Position numbers and translations under genes: made by a program. A DNA stretch of 54,169 nucleotides, from NCBI GenBank assembly GCA_905186145.1, contig LR994470.1, positions 1,117,376-1,171,544 of the forward strand, written 5' to 3'. Source of the stretch: an uncultured Succinivibrio sp. (GTDB taxonomy: Bacteria > Pseudomonadota > Gammaproteobacteria > Enterobacterales > Succinivibrionaceae). Numbering within the stretch: position 1 is the stretch's first letter; every line of letters begins with the position of its first letter. This document shows positions 1 through 8,991 of the stretch, in pieces. The notes under the pieces are model-generated. The model was not told the DNA's origin, made no database searches, and saw nothing but the letters and a program-made list of their open reading frames with translations.

Positions 1-252
1 AGCTTGTACTACAGCCTCACTCTTAGACTCTTCTGTTTTGGTGGTGTTTTGTGATGCTTGAGGTTTTGCTAAAGCTTTACCTGTTGGTTTGCCTTTTGCA
101 GGAGGGGTTACGATGGTGGCGTGCATGAGATTAGAGCCTGCATCTTGAGGACGTTCAGGCTTATCTAAAGACACATTTACCACCAAAGCAATTATCAACA
201 GAAGATGAATTGCAACGGCAATTGAGAACGCCTTTGTGGTTCCTATCTTCAC
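1..252 (-). CDS. tolA: TolA (cell envelope integrity protein), 5' part; runs off the window edge
   Basis: Not in the ORF track. Manual translation from GTG at 252 gives MKIGTTKAFSIAVAIHLLLIIALVVNVSLDKPERPQDAGSNLMHATIVTPPAKGKP..., i.e. an N-terminal TM anchor containing the S-x3-H motif of TolA/TonB, immediately after tolR. Confidence 0.85.
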   Translation of the reverse strand, partial: MKIGTTKAFSIAVAIHLLLIIALVVNVSLDKPERPQDAGSNLMHATIVTPPAKGKPTGKALAKPQASQNTTKTEESKSEAVVQA

Positions 253-253
253 C

Positions 254-682
254 TTAATCTCCCAGAGGTTCCGTTACAAGACCAACGCTCTTAACGCCAC
301 CTTGCTTTAAAGCATTCATAAGCTGAATTACAGCATCATAGGAAACGTGAGCATCACCTTGAACAACAACTGGACGTGTTGGATCTTTTAAAAGCTCAGA
401 TGAGACATAAGCACTTACATCATCCAAGTTGTCCATTTTTTCATTATTGCTGTCGATACTAACAAAGTATTGTCCTGCTTTATCAACAGTAGCTATGATA
501 GGAGTTCTTTGATCTTCATTCATAGCCTGAGCTTCAGCCTCAGGCAAATCTACAATTACCCCCTGCATGACCACCGGAGCTGTGGCAATAAAAATAACCA
601 AAAGCACCAGCATAACATCAATGTATGGCACCACATTGATCTCAGCTTTAGGCCGACTTTTGCTTCTTCTTATCGACTGCAT
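254..682 (-). CDS. tolR: TolR / ExbD family protein
   Basis: EINVVPYIDVMLVLLVIF TM motif with conserved Asp; lies between tolQ and tolA. Confidence 0.95.
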   Translation of the reverse strand: MQSIRRSKSRPKAEINVVPYIDVMLVLLVIFIATAPVVMQGVIVDLPEAEAQAMNEDQRTPIIATVDKAGQYFVSIDSNNEKMDNLDDVSAYVSSELLKDPTRPVVVQGDAHVSYDAVIQLMNALKQGGVKSVGLVTEPLGD

Positions 683-684
683 AA

Positions 685-1662
685 TTACTCCTGCTTAAAT
701 CCTTGCATGTTATCTCTATTCTTGTGATGACGAGAAACATTCACATCTTGTGAAAAAGGATCACTTATATGCTGTCTTGGATCATAGGATCTTGGAGCTT
801 CTGAGAACTGCTCTCTTCTGTATTGCTGTTGATATTGAGCTTGCTGAAAATCATTTTGTCTTTGGAAATGAGCATACTGAGAACCTTGAGAGAACTGATG
901 ATTTTGATATTGCTCTTGAGGCTGATGCTTAAAGCTCTGTTCGTTAGACTCTTTTGCTTGATTATTGCGATTTTGCTGAGAGCGAACAGTTACCAAACGA
1001 CGGTTTAAAATAGTTGCAAATTCATCAATAAAGTTGATGTAGCGATTTTCCAAAGCTTCTACACGAGAGACAAAACGGTTATAGAACATAACCGCAGGAA
1101 TAGCTGCAAAAAGACCCATAGCAGTTGCAATCAAAGCCTCAGCAATTGGAGGAGCTACCATGGATAAGGTTGCATTTTTTACTGCAGCTAAAGCTACGAA
1201 GGCATGCATAATGCCCCATACAGTACCAAACAAACCAATATAAGGGCTAATAGAACCGATGGTTGCTAGTGTAGCTAAATGACCTTCCAAAGACTCCATC
1301 TCACGTGACTGTGCGACTTTCATCTGGCGGTAAGTACCATCCATAACGACTTCTTGATCGGCCGGGCCCGAATTTACCAAACGCACAAACTCTTTAAATC
1401 CTGCAGTATATATAACCTCAAGACCTTGTAATGAGTCCTGACGTTGCATGCAGTCTTGATAAAGCTTGTTTAAATCAATGCCAGACCAGAATTTGTCTTC
1501 AAACTCATCGGCATTTTTACGGCTATTTTTATAAAGATTGGTTCTCTGAATAATGATAGTCCAGGATATTACTGACAAAGACAGTAAAAAGAACATTACT
1601 ACCTGAACTAAGAAACTGGCATTGAGGATAAGCCCAGTAAAGGAGAGAGTTCCGTTTTCCAT
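685..1662 (-). CDS. tolQ: TolQ with a ~97-aa Gln/Asn-rich C-terminal extension
   Basis: SPYIGLFGTVWGIM and PPIAEALIATAMGLFAAIPAV motifs; ybgC-tolQ-tolR-tolA order. Confidence 0.95.
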   Translation of the reverse strand: MENGTLSFTGLILNASFLVQVVMFFLLSLSVISWTIIIQRTNLYKNSRKNADEFEDKFWSGIDLNKLYQDCMQRQDSLQGLEVIYTAGFKEFVRLVNSGPADQEVVMDGTYRQMKVAQSREMESLEGHLATLATIGSISPYIGLFGTVWGIMHAFVALAAVKNATLSMVAPPIAEALIATAMGLFAAIPAVMFYNRFVSRVEALENRYINFIDEFATILNRRLVTVRSQQNRNNQAKESNEQSFKHQPQEQYQNHQFSQGSQYAHFQRQNDFQQAQYQQQYRREQFSEAPRSYDPRQHISDPFSQDVNVSRHHKNRDNMQGFKQE

Positions 1663-2093
1663 TAAATTTTAACTCCCAAATCTTCTCTCAAAAAGCTTTT
1701 TATATAGTCACGGGCATCCTTTGGCATGGCAATAGGTCGCCCGGTCGTAAAATCGATGTAGGCTAAACTACATTCAAATTCGAAAAGCAATTCCAGACGC
1801 TGATTATATATCTGTTGAAAGATTTTTAAACCACAAGCGCCTACTTTTATCGGAATAACAGTAACTTTTAATAAATCTTCTAAATGCGCAGACTTAATAT
1901 AATGTCCATTTATAGTCCGAATTACAAAACCTTTTTTCTCATTTAAAAGCTTTACCTGACTGATGCCACTTTGCATAAGCCACTCAGTACGAGCTCTTTC
2001 GCAAAACTTTAAGTAGTTGGCATAATAAACAATGCCACCTGCATCAGTATCCTCAAAATAGACTCTACAATTAAAAGAAAACTCTTCACTCAT
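1662..2093 (-). CDS. ybgC: YbgC/FadM family acyl-CoA thioesterase (tol-pal associated)
   Basis: RVYFEDTDAGGIVYYANYLKFCERARTE hot-dog fold motif; canonical position upstream of tolQ. Confidence 0.93.
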   Translation of the reverse strand: MSEEFSFNCRVYFEDTDAGGIVYYANYLKFCERARTEWLMQSGISQVKLLNEKKGFVIRTINGHYIKSAHLEDLLKVTVIPIKVGACGLKIFQQIYNQRLELLFEFECSLAYIDFTTGRPIAMPKDARDYIKSFLREDLGVKI

Positions 2094-2095
2094 AA

Positions 2096-3163
2096 TTAAG
2101 ATCCCTTAGGATATTCTAAATTGAATTTAGCATAAGCTTTGGCTGTTGCAACTCGTCCTTGACGAGAACGTTGCACAAAGCCTTGCTGAATAATGTATGG
2201 TTCAACTACATTTTCTAAAGTATCGCGATCATTACCTAAAGACGCAGCTAAACTTTCAATACCGACAGGACCTCCATTAAAGTCTTCGATAATGCACTTT
2301 AAATAACCTCTATCAAAATCATCAAAGCCGTCATCATCAATTCTTAACATCTTTAATGCAGCTTTTGCTATATCTAAAGTAATATGACCTGAACCTTTAA
2401 CTTCAGCATAATCGCGCACACGTCTTAAAAGACGATTGGCAATTCGTGGAGTGCCACGAGATCTTCGGGCAATTTCCAAAGCACCATCGCCATCAATTTT
2501 AACCCCAAGCTTCTTAGCACTTACATTTACAATAATCTCGAGTTCTTGAGGAGTATAAAACTTAAGTTGCAAAATAATGCCAAAACGCGCTCTTAAAGGA
2601 GAGGTTAAGGTACCTGCTCTTGTAGTAGCACCTACTAAGGTAAATGGATTTAAATTAATTTTTATAGAACGAGCTGAAGGTCCTTCACCGGTCATAATAT
2701 CGACACTGTAATCTTCCATAGCTGGATATAAAAACTCTTCAATTACAGGAGATAGACGGTGAATCTCATCTATAAAAATAACATTGCGTGGCTGTAAATT
2801 AGTAAGAAGAGCTGCCACATCTCCCTTTTTCTCTAATGCAGGTCCTGATGTTTGAGAGATATTTACAGATAGCTCATTGGCAATAATATTAGATAAGGTG
2901 GTTTTGCCCAATCCTGGAGGGCCAAAGATCAATACATGATCCATAGCCTCACCACGTTTTTTGGCCGCCTTAAGTGCAATTGAAAGCTGCTCTTTAACCT
3001 CAATTTGTCCAATATAGTCACAAAGACGTTGTGGGCGTAAGGCTCTATCTTCGAAAGAACGATTATCCTCAGCCTCTTTTTCTAAAGCTGTTTTCTCAGC
3101 TCTTACATCTTCACAAATTTTAAGACTGTCAGCTACAATTCCAATATCTTGATCTAAAGGCAT
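2096..3163 (-). CDS. ruvB: Holliday junction branch migration helicase RuvB
   Basis: Walker [10 protein letters not shown], Walker B FIDEIHR, GATTRAG and [17 protein letters not shown] motifs. Confidence 0.98.
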   Translation of the reverse strand: MPLDQDIGIVADSLKICEDVRAEKTALEKEAEDNRSFEDRALRPQRLCDYIGQIEVKEQLSIALKAAKKRGEAMDHVLIFGPPGLGKTTLSNIIANELSVNISQTSGPALEKKGDVAALLTNLQPRNVIFIDEIHRLSPVIEEFLYPAMEDYSVDIMTGEGPSARSIKINLNPFTLVGATTRAGTLTSPLRARFGIILQLKFYTPQELEIIVNVSAKKLGVKIDGDGALEIARRSRGTPRIANRLLRRVRDYAEVKGSGHITLDIAKAALKMLRIDDDGFDDFDRGYLKCIIEDFNGGPVGIESLAASLGNDRDTLENVVEPYIIQQGFVQRSRQGRVATAKAYAKFNLEYPKGS

Positions 3164-3169
3164 GTTTTA

Positions 3170-3787
3170 TTATTTTCCTTTTGATATTAAAGCTAAAGCT
3201 TGAACAATAAGTTCATCTGTTTGGGCCTCAGGCTTATCTTTAAGAGCTGCCTTTACAAAGCGAATACTCTCATTTTCCTTATAACCTAAGGCAATCATAG
3301 CACTCACAGCTTCATCAAAATGTTCATTTGAGGCAGTAGATGTAGAAGCATTTTCCACACTGTCAAATGGTAATTGAGTTTCATTAAATTTACTTAAACG
3401 ATCAGAAAGCTCTACTATTAATCTTTCAGCTGTTTTCTTGCCAACACCTGGAATTTGCTGTAGCGCTTGAGATCTGCCTGAAAGTACAGTTTGAATGAAG
3501 GATTGCACATCAAAAGTTGATAATACGGCCAATGCCATCTTAGGACCAACTCCTGAAACCTTTATAAGCTCACGAAATAAAGCTCTTGAGGATAAATCAT
3601 AAAATCCATACAAAAGGTGAGCATCCTCGCGCACCACTTGTTGAATATAAACAAAAACCTCTTGTCCTTTTTGAAACTTGGTAAGAGAAGTTACCGGCAT
3701 CTCAACTTCATAACCAACGCCTAGAACCTCAATTAAAGCAGTAACGCCGTCTACCAATAAAAGCTTACCGCGCAAACTTCCTATCAT
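3170..3787 (-). CDS. ruvA: Holliday junction binding protein RuvA
   Basis: MIGSLRG start; HhH motifs KVSGVGPKMA and IPGVGKKTAER. Confidence 0.97.
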   Translation of the reverse strand: MIGSLRGKLLLVDGVTALIEVLGVGYEVEMPVTSLTKFQKGQEVFVYIQQVVREDAHLLYGFYDLSSRALFRELIKVSGVGPKMALAVLSTFDVQSFIQTVLSGRSQALQQIPGVGKKTAERLIVELSDRLSKFNETQLPFDSVENASTSTASNEHFDEAVSAMIALGYKENESIRFVKAALKDKPEAQTDELIVQALALISKGK

Positions 3788-3807
3788 TTGTATCTCCAGT
3801 AATAATG

Positions 3808-4338
3808 CTATTTTCTACGCAGTCTGCCTCTTGAAGATCCGCCATCGGCAACGAATTTACCCATAGCTTTAGTCACAGCATAAGTAAAGCCATGACAAAT
3901 TGCACAAGCTAAAGCATCGGCTGCATCACTTTGAGGATTACCACTTAAATGTAAAATAGTCCTCACCATATACTGCACTTGATATTTTTGAGCCGCGCCA
4001 TATCCTACTACAGCCTGTTTAATTTGCAGTGGAGTATATTCAAAAACATCTAAACCTAAATTGGCACCTGCAACCATGGCACTTGCTCGAGCCTCTGAAA
4101 GCTTAACTGTTGATTGAACATTTTTAGATAAAAATGTCTCCTCAATAGCCATTACGTCAGGTTTAAACTGCTCTACAATTGTAGAGACTCCCATATAAAT
4201 CGTTTTAAGTTTTGAAAATAAAGGTCCTTGTCCTGTTCTAATGCAACCTGAGCCTAAATAATAAGGATTTCCGCCTTCAAAGCGAATAACTCCATATCCT
4301 GTAACACGCGAACCAGGATCAATTCCAATAATAACCAC
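3808..4338 (-). CDS. ruvC: Crossover junction endodeoxyribonuclease RuvC
   Basis: IIGIDPGSRVTGYG, AIEE and DAADALACA catalytic acidic residues; GTG start. Confidence 0.97.
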   Translation of the reverse strand: MVIIGIDPGSRVTGYGVIRFEGGNPYYLGSGCIRTGQGPLFSKLKTIYMGVSTIVEQFKPDVMAIEETFLSKNVQSTVKLSEARASAMVAGANLGLDVFEYTPLQIKQAVVGYGAAQKYQVQYMVRTILHLSGNPQSDAADALACAICHGFTYAVTKAMGKFVADGGSSRGRLRRK

Positions 4339-4346
4339 AGTAAATC

Positions 4347-5075
4347 CTAATAAACAGGCATACCGCCATTTACATCAACTATGGTTCCGGCAACATAAGG
4401 GTTATCACGTAGGAGTAAATGAATTACCTCTTTTGCCACAGACTCAGACGGAATTGTACCCAAAGGCTGTTGCTTTTTAAGCCATTCATCAAACTTGTCA
4501 TGAGCAAATTTTGCCACTTCAAGCATTGGAGTATCCACAAATCCAGGTCTTAGAGCATTTATATAAACATTATTTTCTAATAACTCTTGGCTTGCAGATC
4601 TTACAAATCCCTCAACTGCAGCTTTTGCAGCTGAATATGCCACCATATCTTTCATTGAACGTACCGCAGCTGCAGATGTTACCGCCACTGCGGTAAATAT
4701 CTGACTACGCTCTTTTCTTAAAGTTAAAATGCGTAAAAGCTCCACTAAAGAAAAATAATGGATCTGCATCATCTCCAAGTTACGTTCATAACTTAACTTT
4801 CTAATACTTTCAAAACGAACTATACCGCCACAATGAGCTAAACCGGCAAAAGGTCCGTATTCTTTCATAAGTGGTTTAATTGCTTTTTCTAAAGTTGCGA
4901 TGTTTTGTAAGTCAGCAATTACAGTAACCACACTATCGCCATAACGACTTACGATATCTGAGGCATGATGAGTATCTCGCGTCATTGCAAAAACACGATG
5001 CTGATGTTTGACAAGCTCAGTTACAACTGCTCGTCCAATACCTGAACTTGCACCAGTAACAAGATAATTGGCCAT
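4347..5075 (-). CDS. SDR family NAD(P)-dependent oxidoreductase (FabG-like, substrate unknown)
   Basis: TGASSGIG and YSAAK motifs. Start moved to ATG 5075 (MANYLVTG), which has AAGGA upstream. Confidence 0.85.
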   Translation of the reverse strand: MANYLVTGASSGIGRAVVTELVKHQHRVFAMTRDTHHASDIVSRYGDSVVTVIADLQNIATLEKAIKPLMKEYGPFAGLAHCGGIVRFESIRKLSYERNLEMMQIHYFSLVELLRILTLRKERSQIFTAVAVTSAAAVRSMKDMVAYSAAKAAVEGFVRSASQELLENNVYINALRPGFVDTPMLEVAKFAHDKFDEWLKKQQPLGTIPSESVAKEVIHLLLRDNPYVAGTIVDVNGGMPVY

Positions 5076-5461
5076 ACACAATCCTTTTTCTCTTAAAAGT
5101 GCGCAACAAAAAGCAACTGCAAAATAAAACAAGCTGAATATTTTGAATTTAGATATTTTTTTAATAAATATTAAGAGTATTTAAATATGAAATTTAAAAA
5201 GAGAAAACTTAGTTTTATTGTTTGGAATTTCAAAATTCAAAACCTCTTTCAGCTTCTTTGAATAATTATAGCATTTTTCTTAAAGAGCACTGTAAAATAC
5301 AGACATTTATAACTTTGATATATAGTGTATATATATTATTTATTTTTATTTTTTATAATTTAAGGTTCTTTATCTACTTAAAATTATTCTTTACTTTTTA
5401 ATAAGCAAAATAAAGAAGACTATATAGATAAATAAATATTATTTATATTATTTATATATAA

Positions 5462-5501
5462 AATCCCGTTGCAAATATCTTGAAAAATTTACAACGGGAT
5501 T
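5462..5501 (-). terminator. Intrinsic terminator downstream of the BASS gene
   Basis: AATCCCGTTG...CAACGGGATT 10-bp arms, extendable with a G-U pair on the minus strand, followed by U residues. Confidence 0.7.
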
Positions 5502-5523
5502 AAAAATATTTATTAATTTAAAA

Positions 5524-6399
5524 TTATGCTTGCTGTGCCATCTGCATATTTTCAGATTGATTACGAATTAACTTAATATAAATAAGCAAAATCACATTCA
5601 TAAATAAAGCATAAACAATTGCCGGCATAGCCATAGTTGGATTGTTAAATACCAATGGACTTGATGCTAAGGCTATAGCCTGAGCGGCATTTTGCATACC
5701 TACCTCAATTACAATTGTTCTTCTTACAGCATCTTTGAGCTTAAACAAACGTGCTAATAAAGATGAAATACTAATAGCAGCTAAAATTAAAATTACTACC
5801 GATAAAGAGAGATCTTTGAAGTAGGCTACGATATCTTTAAAGTGCTCAACAAAGAAAATACTTGCAAGTAAGATAAGAGAAGGAAAGGCTATTTTTGATA
5901 AAACCTTATTTATTTTTAAAGCTGCTTTTTTATTAAAGTATTGCAGTAAAAGGCCTAAAGAAATTGGCAAAAACATTAACACTAAGTTTTGTAAAATAAG
6001 CTTTCCTAAAGGCAAATCAAACTCAGATAAATTTAAGCCACTTAATGAAATAGCTCCCTTTAGGCATAAAGGTAAGGTAAACATAGTTGCAATAGTACTT
6101 ACTGTAGTCATAGCAACAGACAGCGCAACATCACCTTTGGCAATTAAAGTAAAAATATTTGAAGAGCTGCCACCTGGGCATAAAGCAATTAATACCAATC
6201 CCAATAAAAGAACTCCCGGAAGATCACAAAAATATGCTAATAAAAGAGCAATTACCGGAAGACATACTAATTGACCAAACATACCCACAAACATTGGTAA
6301 TGGCTTTTTGGCTAACATAGCAAAATCACTAAGCTTTAAATTTAAGCCTAACTCAAACATCAATAAAGTAAGAATTGGTAATACAATCAAAACAGTCAT
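5524..6399 (-). CDS. Bile acid:sodium symporter (BASS/ASBT) family transporter
   Basis: LCPGGSSSN, KGDVALSV and EVGMQNA motifs; multi-TM profile. Confidence 0.9.
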   Translation of the reverse strand: MTVLIVLPILTLLMFELGLNLKLSDFAMLAKKPLPMFVGMFGQLVCLPVIALLLAYFCDLPGVLLLGLVLIALCPGGSSSNIFTLIAKGDVALSVAMTTVSTIATMFTLPLCLKGAISLSGLNLSEFDLPLGKLILQNLVLMFLPISLGLLLQYFNKKAALKINKVLSKIAFPSLILLASIFFVEHFKDIVAYFKDLSLSVVILILAAISISSLLARLFKLKDAVRRTIVIEVGMQNAAQAIALASSPLVFNNPTMAMPAIVYALFMNVILLIYIKLIRNQSENMQMAQQA

Positions 6400-6552
6400 A
6401 ACTACTTCTCAAATACGATAAAAATCAGCGTGCTGACCATTATAAGTCAATAAAGAAAAATAACAAATTTGCAAAAATTTATGGATTTATCTTGAAAAAA
6501 ACACACTTGTCTATCACGTTAATATTTAGATTAGATTTTTTTAGGATTTTTT

Positions 6553-7230
6553 ATGTATTTTGTTAAAGGCGATCACTTAATCTCACCACGTTTGGGATAT
6601 ACCCATCATGGCATATACATTACAGAAGGTTATGTAGTTGAAAACTCTCAAAAAGGCACTAATTTAGTTTCATTAGAAGAGTTTTCTCAAGGCAAAGGTG
6701 TTTACATTCTCTCAAGACCTGACCGAGTATTTTCCCGCGAGGAGACGGTGCAAAAAGCGCTCCTCCACGTAGGTGAGCACAAATATAATGTTATAACTTA
6801 TAACTGTGAACACTTTGTAAATCTGTGCATTATTGGCAAAGCTAAAAGTAAACAAGTAAAAGACACAGCCGCCAATATTGCAGGAATGTGCTTTGTGGCT
6901 GCTGAAACAGTCAGCAAGATCTATAAAGCCTCAAAAAATCCTTATGTCAAAAAAGTATCTGATAAAGCTCTTGATGCTGCCTCTATAGCCACAGGTACTT
7001 ATACTGCAGTTAAAGTTATAAAAACAGCCTTTAATATTGCAGATAAGATAAGTACTGCCAAAAATTTAGCTGATACTATAAAAGAAGGACATGCCGATTT
7101 AAAAACAGCTATAAAAATCGCTTCCGTCACCGCAGGATTTGATCTTGATCTGTCTGACAAAATTGCCAGCAAAGTTGACAGTCGTATTAAAAAAGTCTTC
7201 AAAAAAGATAAAACTACACCCTCCTTATAA
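6553..7230 (+). CDS. LRAT/NC-domain (permuted NlpC/P60) acyltransferase/phospholipase-like protein
   Basis: GDHL...HHGIY at the N-terminus and YNVITYNCEHF (NCEHF signature), followed by a Lys/Ala-rich tail. Confidence 0.85.
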   Translation: MYFVKGDHLISPRLGYTHHGIYITEGYVVENSQKGTNLVSLEEFSQGKGVYILSRPDRVFSREETVQKALLHVGEHKYNVITYNCEHFVNLCIIGKAKSKQVKDTAANIAGMCFVAAETVSKIYKASKNPYVKKVSDKALDAASIATGTYTAVKVIKTAFNIADKISTAKNLADTIKEGHADLKTAIKIASVTAGFDLDLSDKIASKVDSRIKKVFKKDKTTPSL

Positions 7231-7448
7231 AAAATGTGAATAAATCAGCTTTTTCACAAAGTTTTCACATGTAAAAAATGTACTTTTTTAAAAGCTATTT
7301 TTGTTTATTTAAAATCATCTAGTTAAAAATCGACAATTAAATTTTTTTCATAACCTTTGTAAAAAATTTTCATAAAAATTCGTCAAATGTACAAAAAAAG
7401 GCGCATAATTAGATATCCTTAAATTTTGTATATCAGGGAGGCAGCTTC

Positions 7449-8306
7449 ATGGGGATTTTAAAAAGGCTCAGCAGTCCGCAAATTAAACCATCAAAATCAG
7501 ACAACAAGCTTATACGCTATTTTCTCGACAACGGTTTAAAAGCATGTTCGTCCTCTATATCTGAAATTTCATCTGACTGCGATATCTCTCATGCAACTGT
7601 TACTCGCTTTGCACGCAAATTTGGTTTTGATACCTTAAAAGACTTCAAAATCGCTTTAGCACAGGATTTAGGTGCTCAGGATAATGACAATAAAATAAAA
7701 CGTCCTGCAATTAACTTAAAAGAGTCTTGCGAAGCTACTGCCCAAAAGCTATTACAATTAAATCAGACCTTATTGTCACAAACTGCCGCAGAAATGGACT
7801 TTGGTTCTATTAGCAAATTAGTCCAAGAGATTATTTCTTGCCGTCATATGTATTTCTTTGGTATTGGCTCATCAGGTTTCTTAGCTCGTGACGCAGCTCG
7901 TAAAATTGCCCGTATCGGCATTGATGTTCGCTGCTTTACTGACTCTCATGAAATCATGACTCATTCAGCATTAGTTAAAAATACCGATCTTGTAATCTAC
8001 TTATCAAATTCAGGAAGAACTGGTGAGTTAGTAAAATCAGCTATTATGTGTAGTAAAAGAAATGCCATGATCGCTGCAATTACAGCGGAAAGTGCTTCCC
8101 CTTTATACTCATTAACAGATATCACTATTTTGCATGCCGTTCATGATTATGATTTAACTCAAGGCTATGCAGACTCAAGACTCTCTGTATTTTTCATCAT
8201 CGATCTTATTTACATTGAACTTGTAAAAGTCTTAGGTCCTAATGCCATTAAGATAAAACAAGAAACACAAGAGGCTATAGATTCCTTAAACGGCTCTTCT
8301 GATTAG
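7449..8306 (+). CDS. MurR/RpiR family transcriptional regulator
   Basis: HTH_6 motif SHATVTRFARKFGFDTLKDFK plus SIS domain FGIGSSG...SNSGRT. Confidence 0.92.
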   Translation: MGILKRLSSPQIKPSKSDNKLIRYFLDNGLKACSSSISEISSDCDISHATVTRFARKFGFDTLKDFKIALAQDLGAQDNDNKIKRPAINLKESCEATAQKLLQLNQTLLSQTAAEMDFGSISKLVQEIISCRHMYFFGIGSSGFLARDAARKIARIGIDVRCFTDSHEIMTHSALVKNTDLVIYLSNSGRTGELVKSAIMCSKRNAMIAAITAESASPLYSLTDITILHAVHDYDLTQGYADSRLSVFFIIDLIYIELVKVLGPNAIKIKQETQEAIDSLNGSSD

Positions 8307-8313
8307 TGTTGCT

Positions 8314-8345
8314 AAATAAAGCCAGAGGAATCTGGCTTTATTTTT
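8314..8345 (+). terminator. Intrinsic terminator after RpiR
   Basis: AAATAAAGCCAGA-GGAA-TCTGGCTTTATTT hairpin with T run. Confidence 0.8.
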
Positions 8346-8400
8346 GCAAAAACTGCGCAAACTTTTAGAACTCATAAATTTTTCATAAGAAAATTCTCTT

Positions 8401-8916
8401 ATGAAAATAACAACACTCTTTTTCCTTTCGCTAATTTTTTTATCTTCAGGCTTTTTAAATAAAAGTTTTAAACTTCTATATATCAATACTTCAAATTCCC
8501 TTCCACAAGGTCTCTATCTAAATCTTCCTGTTTTTGAACTTAAAAAAAATGATCTGGTTCTTATATGCCTAAATGAAGAAATGGCTAAATTTGCAAAAGA
8601 GCGTAACTATATTAAAAAAGGTGATTGCCCTTTAAATACCGCGCCACTTGGTAAAAAGATTACAGGTATTTTTAATGACAAAGTTATATTTAAAAAAGAC
8701 TTTATTTTGGTAAATAATATAAAAATAAAAAACTCAAAACCGCTTTTAAAAGATAGTTTAGGTCGAAATTTACCAAAAATTTTAGGTGAAATTTTGATCA
8801 AAAAAGGAGAGTATTTACTTTTAAACGAAGTTAACGATTCTTTTGACAGTCGCTATTTTGGCACCATAAGCACCAGTAATATAAAAGGTAAACTTATTCC
8901 TGTTTTTACTTTATAA
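8401..8916 (+). CDS. S26 family peptidase, conjugative TraF/TrhF-type (pilin maturation protease-like)
   Basis: N-terminal TM, then INTSNSLPQGLY (Ser), GKKI (Lys) and DSFDSRYFG motifs typical of plasmid TraF. Very AT-rich. Confidence 0.8.
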   Translation: MKITTLFFLSLIFLSSGFLNKSFKLLYINTSNSLPQGLYLNLPVFELKKNDLVLICLNEEMAKFAKERNYIKKGDCPLNTAPLGKKITGIFNDKVIFKKDFILVNNIKIKNSKPLLKDSLGRNLPKILGEILIKKGEYLLLNEVNDSFDSRYFGTISTSNIKGKLIPVFTL

Positions 8917-8920
8917 GCAA

Positions 8921-8956
8921 AAGCCCCGTTATCAATCACAATCAATAACGGGGCTT
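8921..8956. terminator. Bidirectional terminator between the TraF-like gene and fabF
   Basis: AAGCCCCGTTAT...ATAACGGGGCTT 12-bp arms between convergent genes. Confidence 0.8.
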
Positions 8957-8991
8957 GAATAATTTATAAGACAGTGCTAATTAGCTTGTTA

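Noticed and set aside
5133-5461. Very AT-rich gaps (also 15160-15670, 35560-36048, 41690-41970, 48420-48680, 52280-52520) as oriC or sRNA loci
   Set aside because: No clustered DnaA boxes (TTATCCACA) or GC-rich stems with their own terminator were seen; consistent with promoter/UP-element DNA.
5524-6399. BASS transporter as PanS (ketopantoate importer) linked to panCD
   Set aside because: 46 kb from panCD with only generic BASS motifs; no sequence-level support for the substrate.
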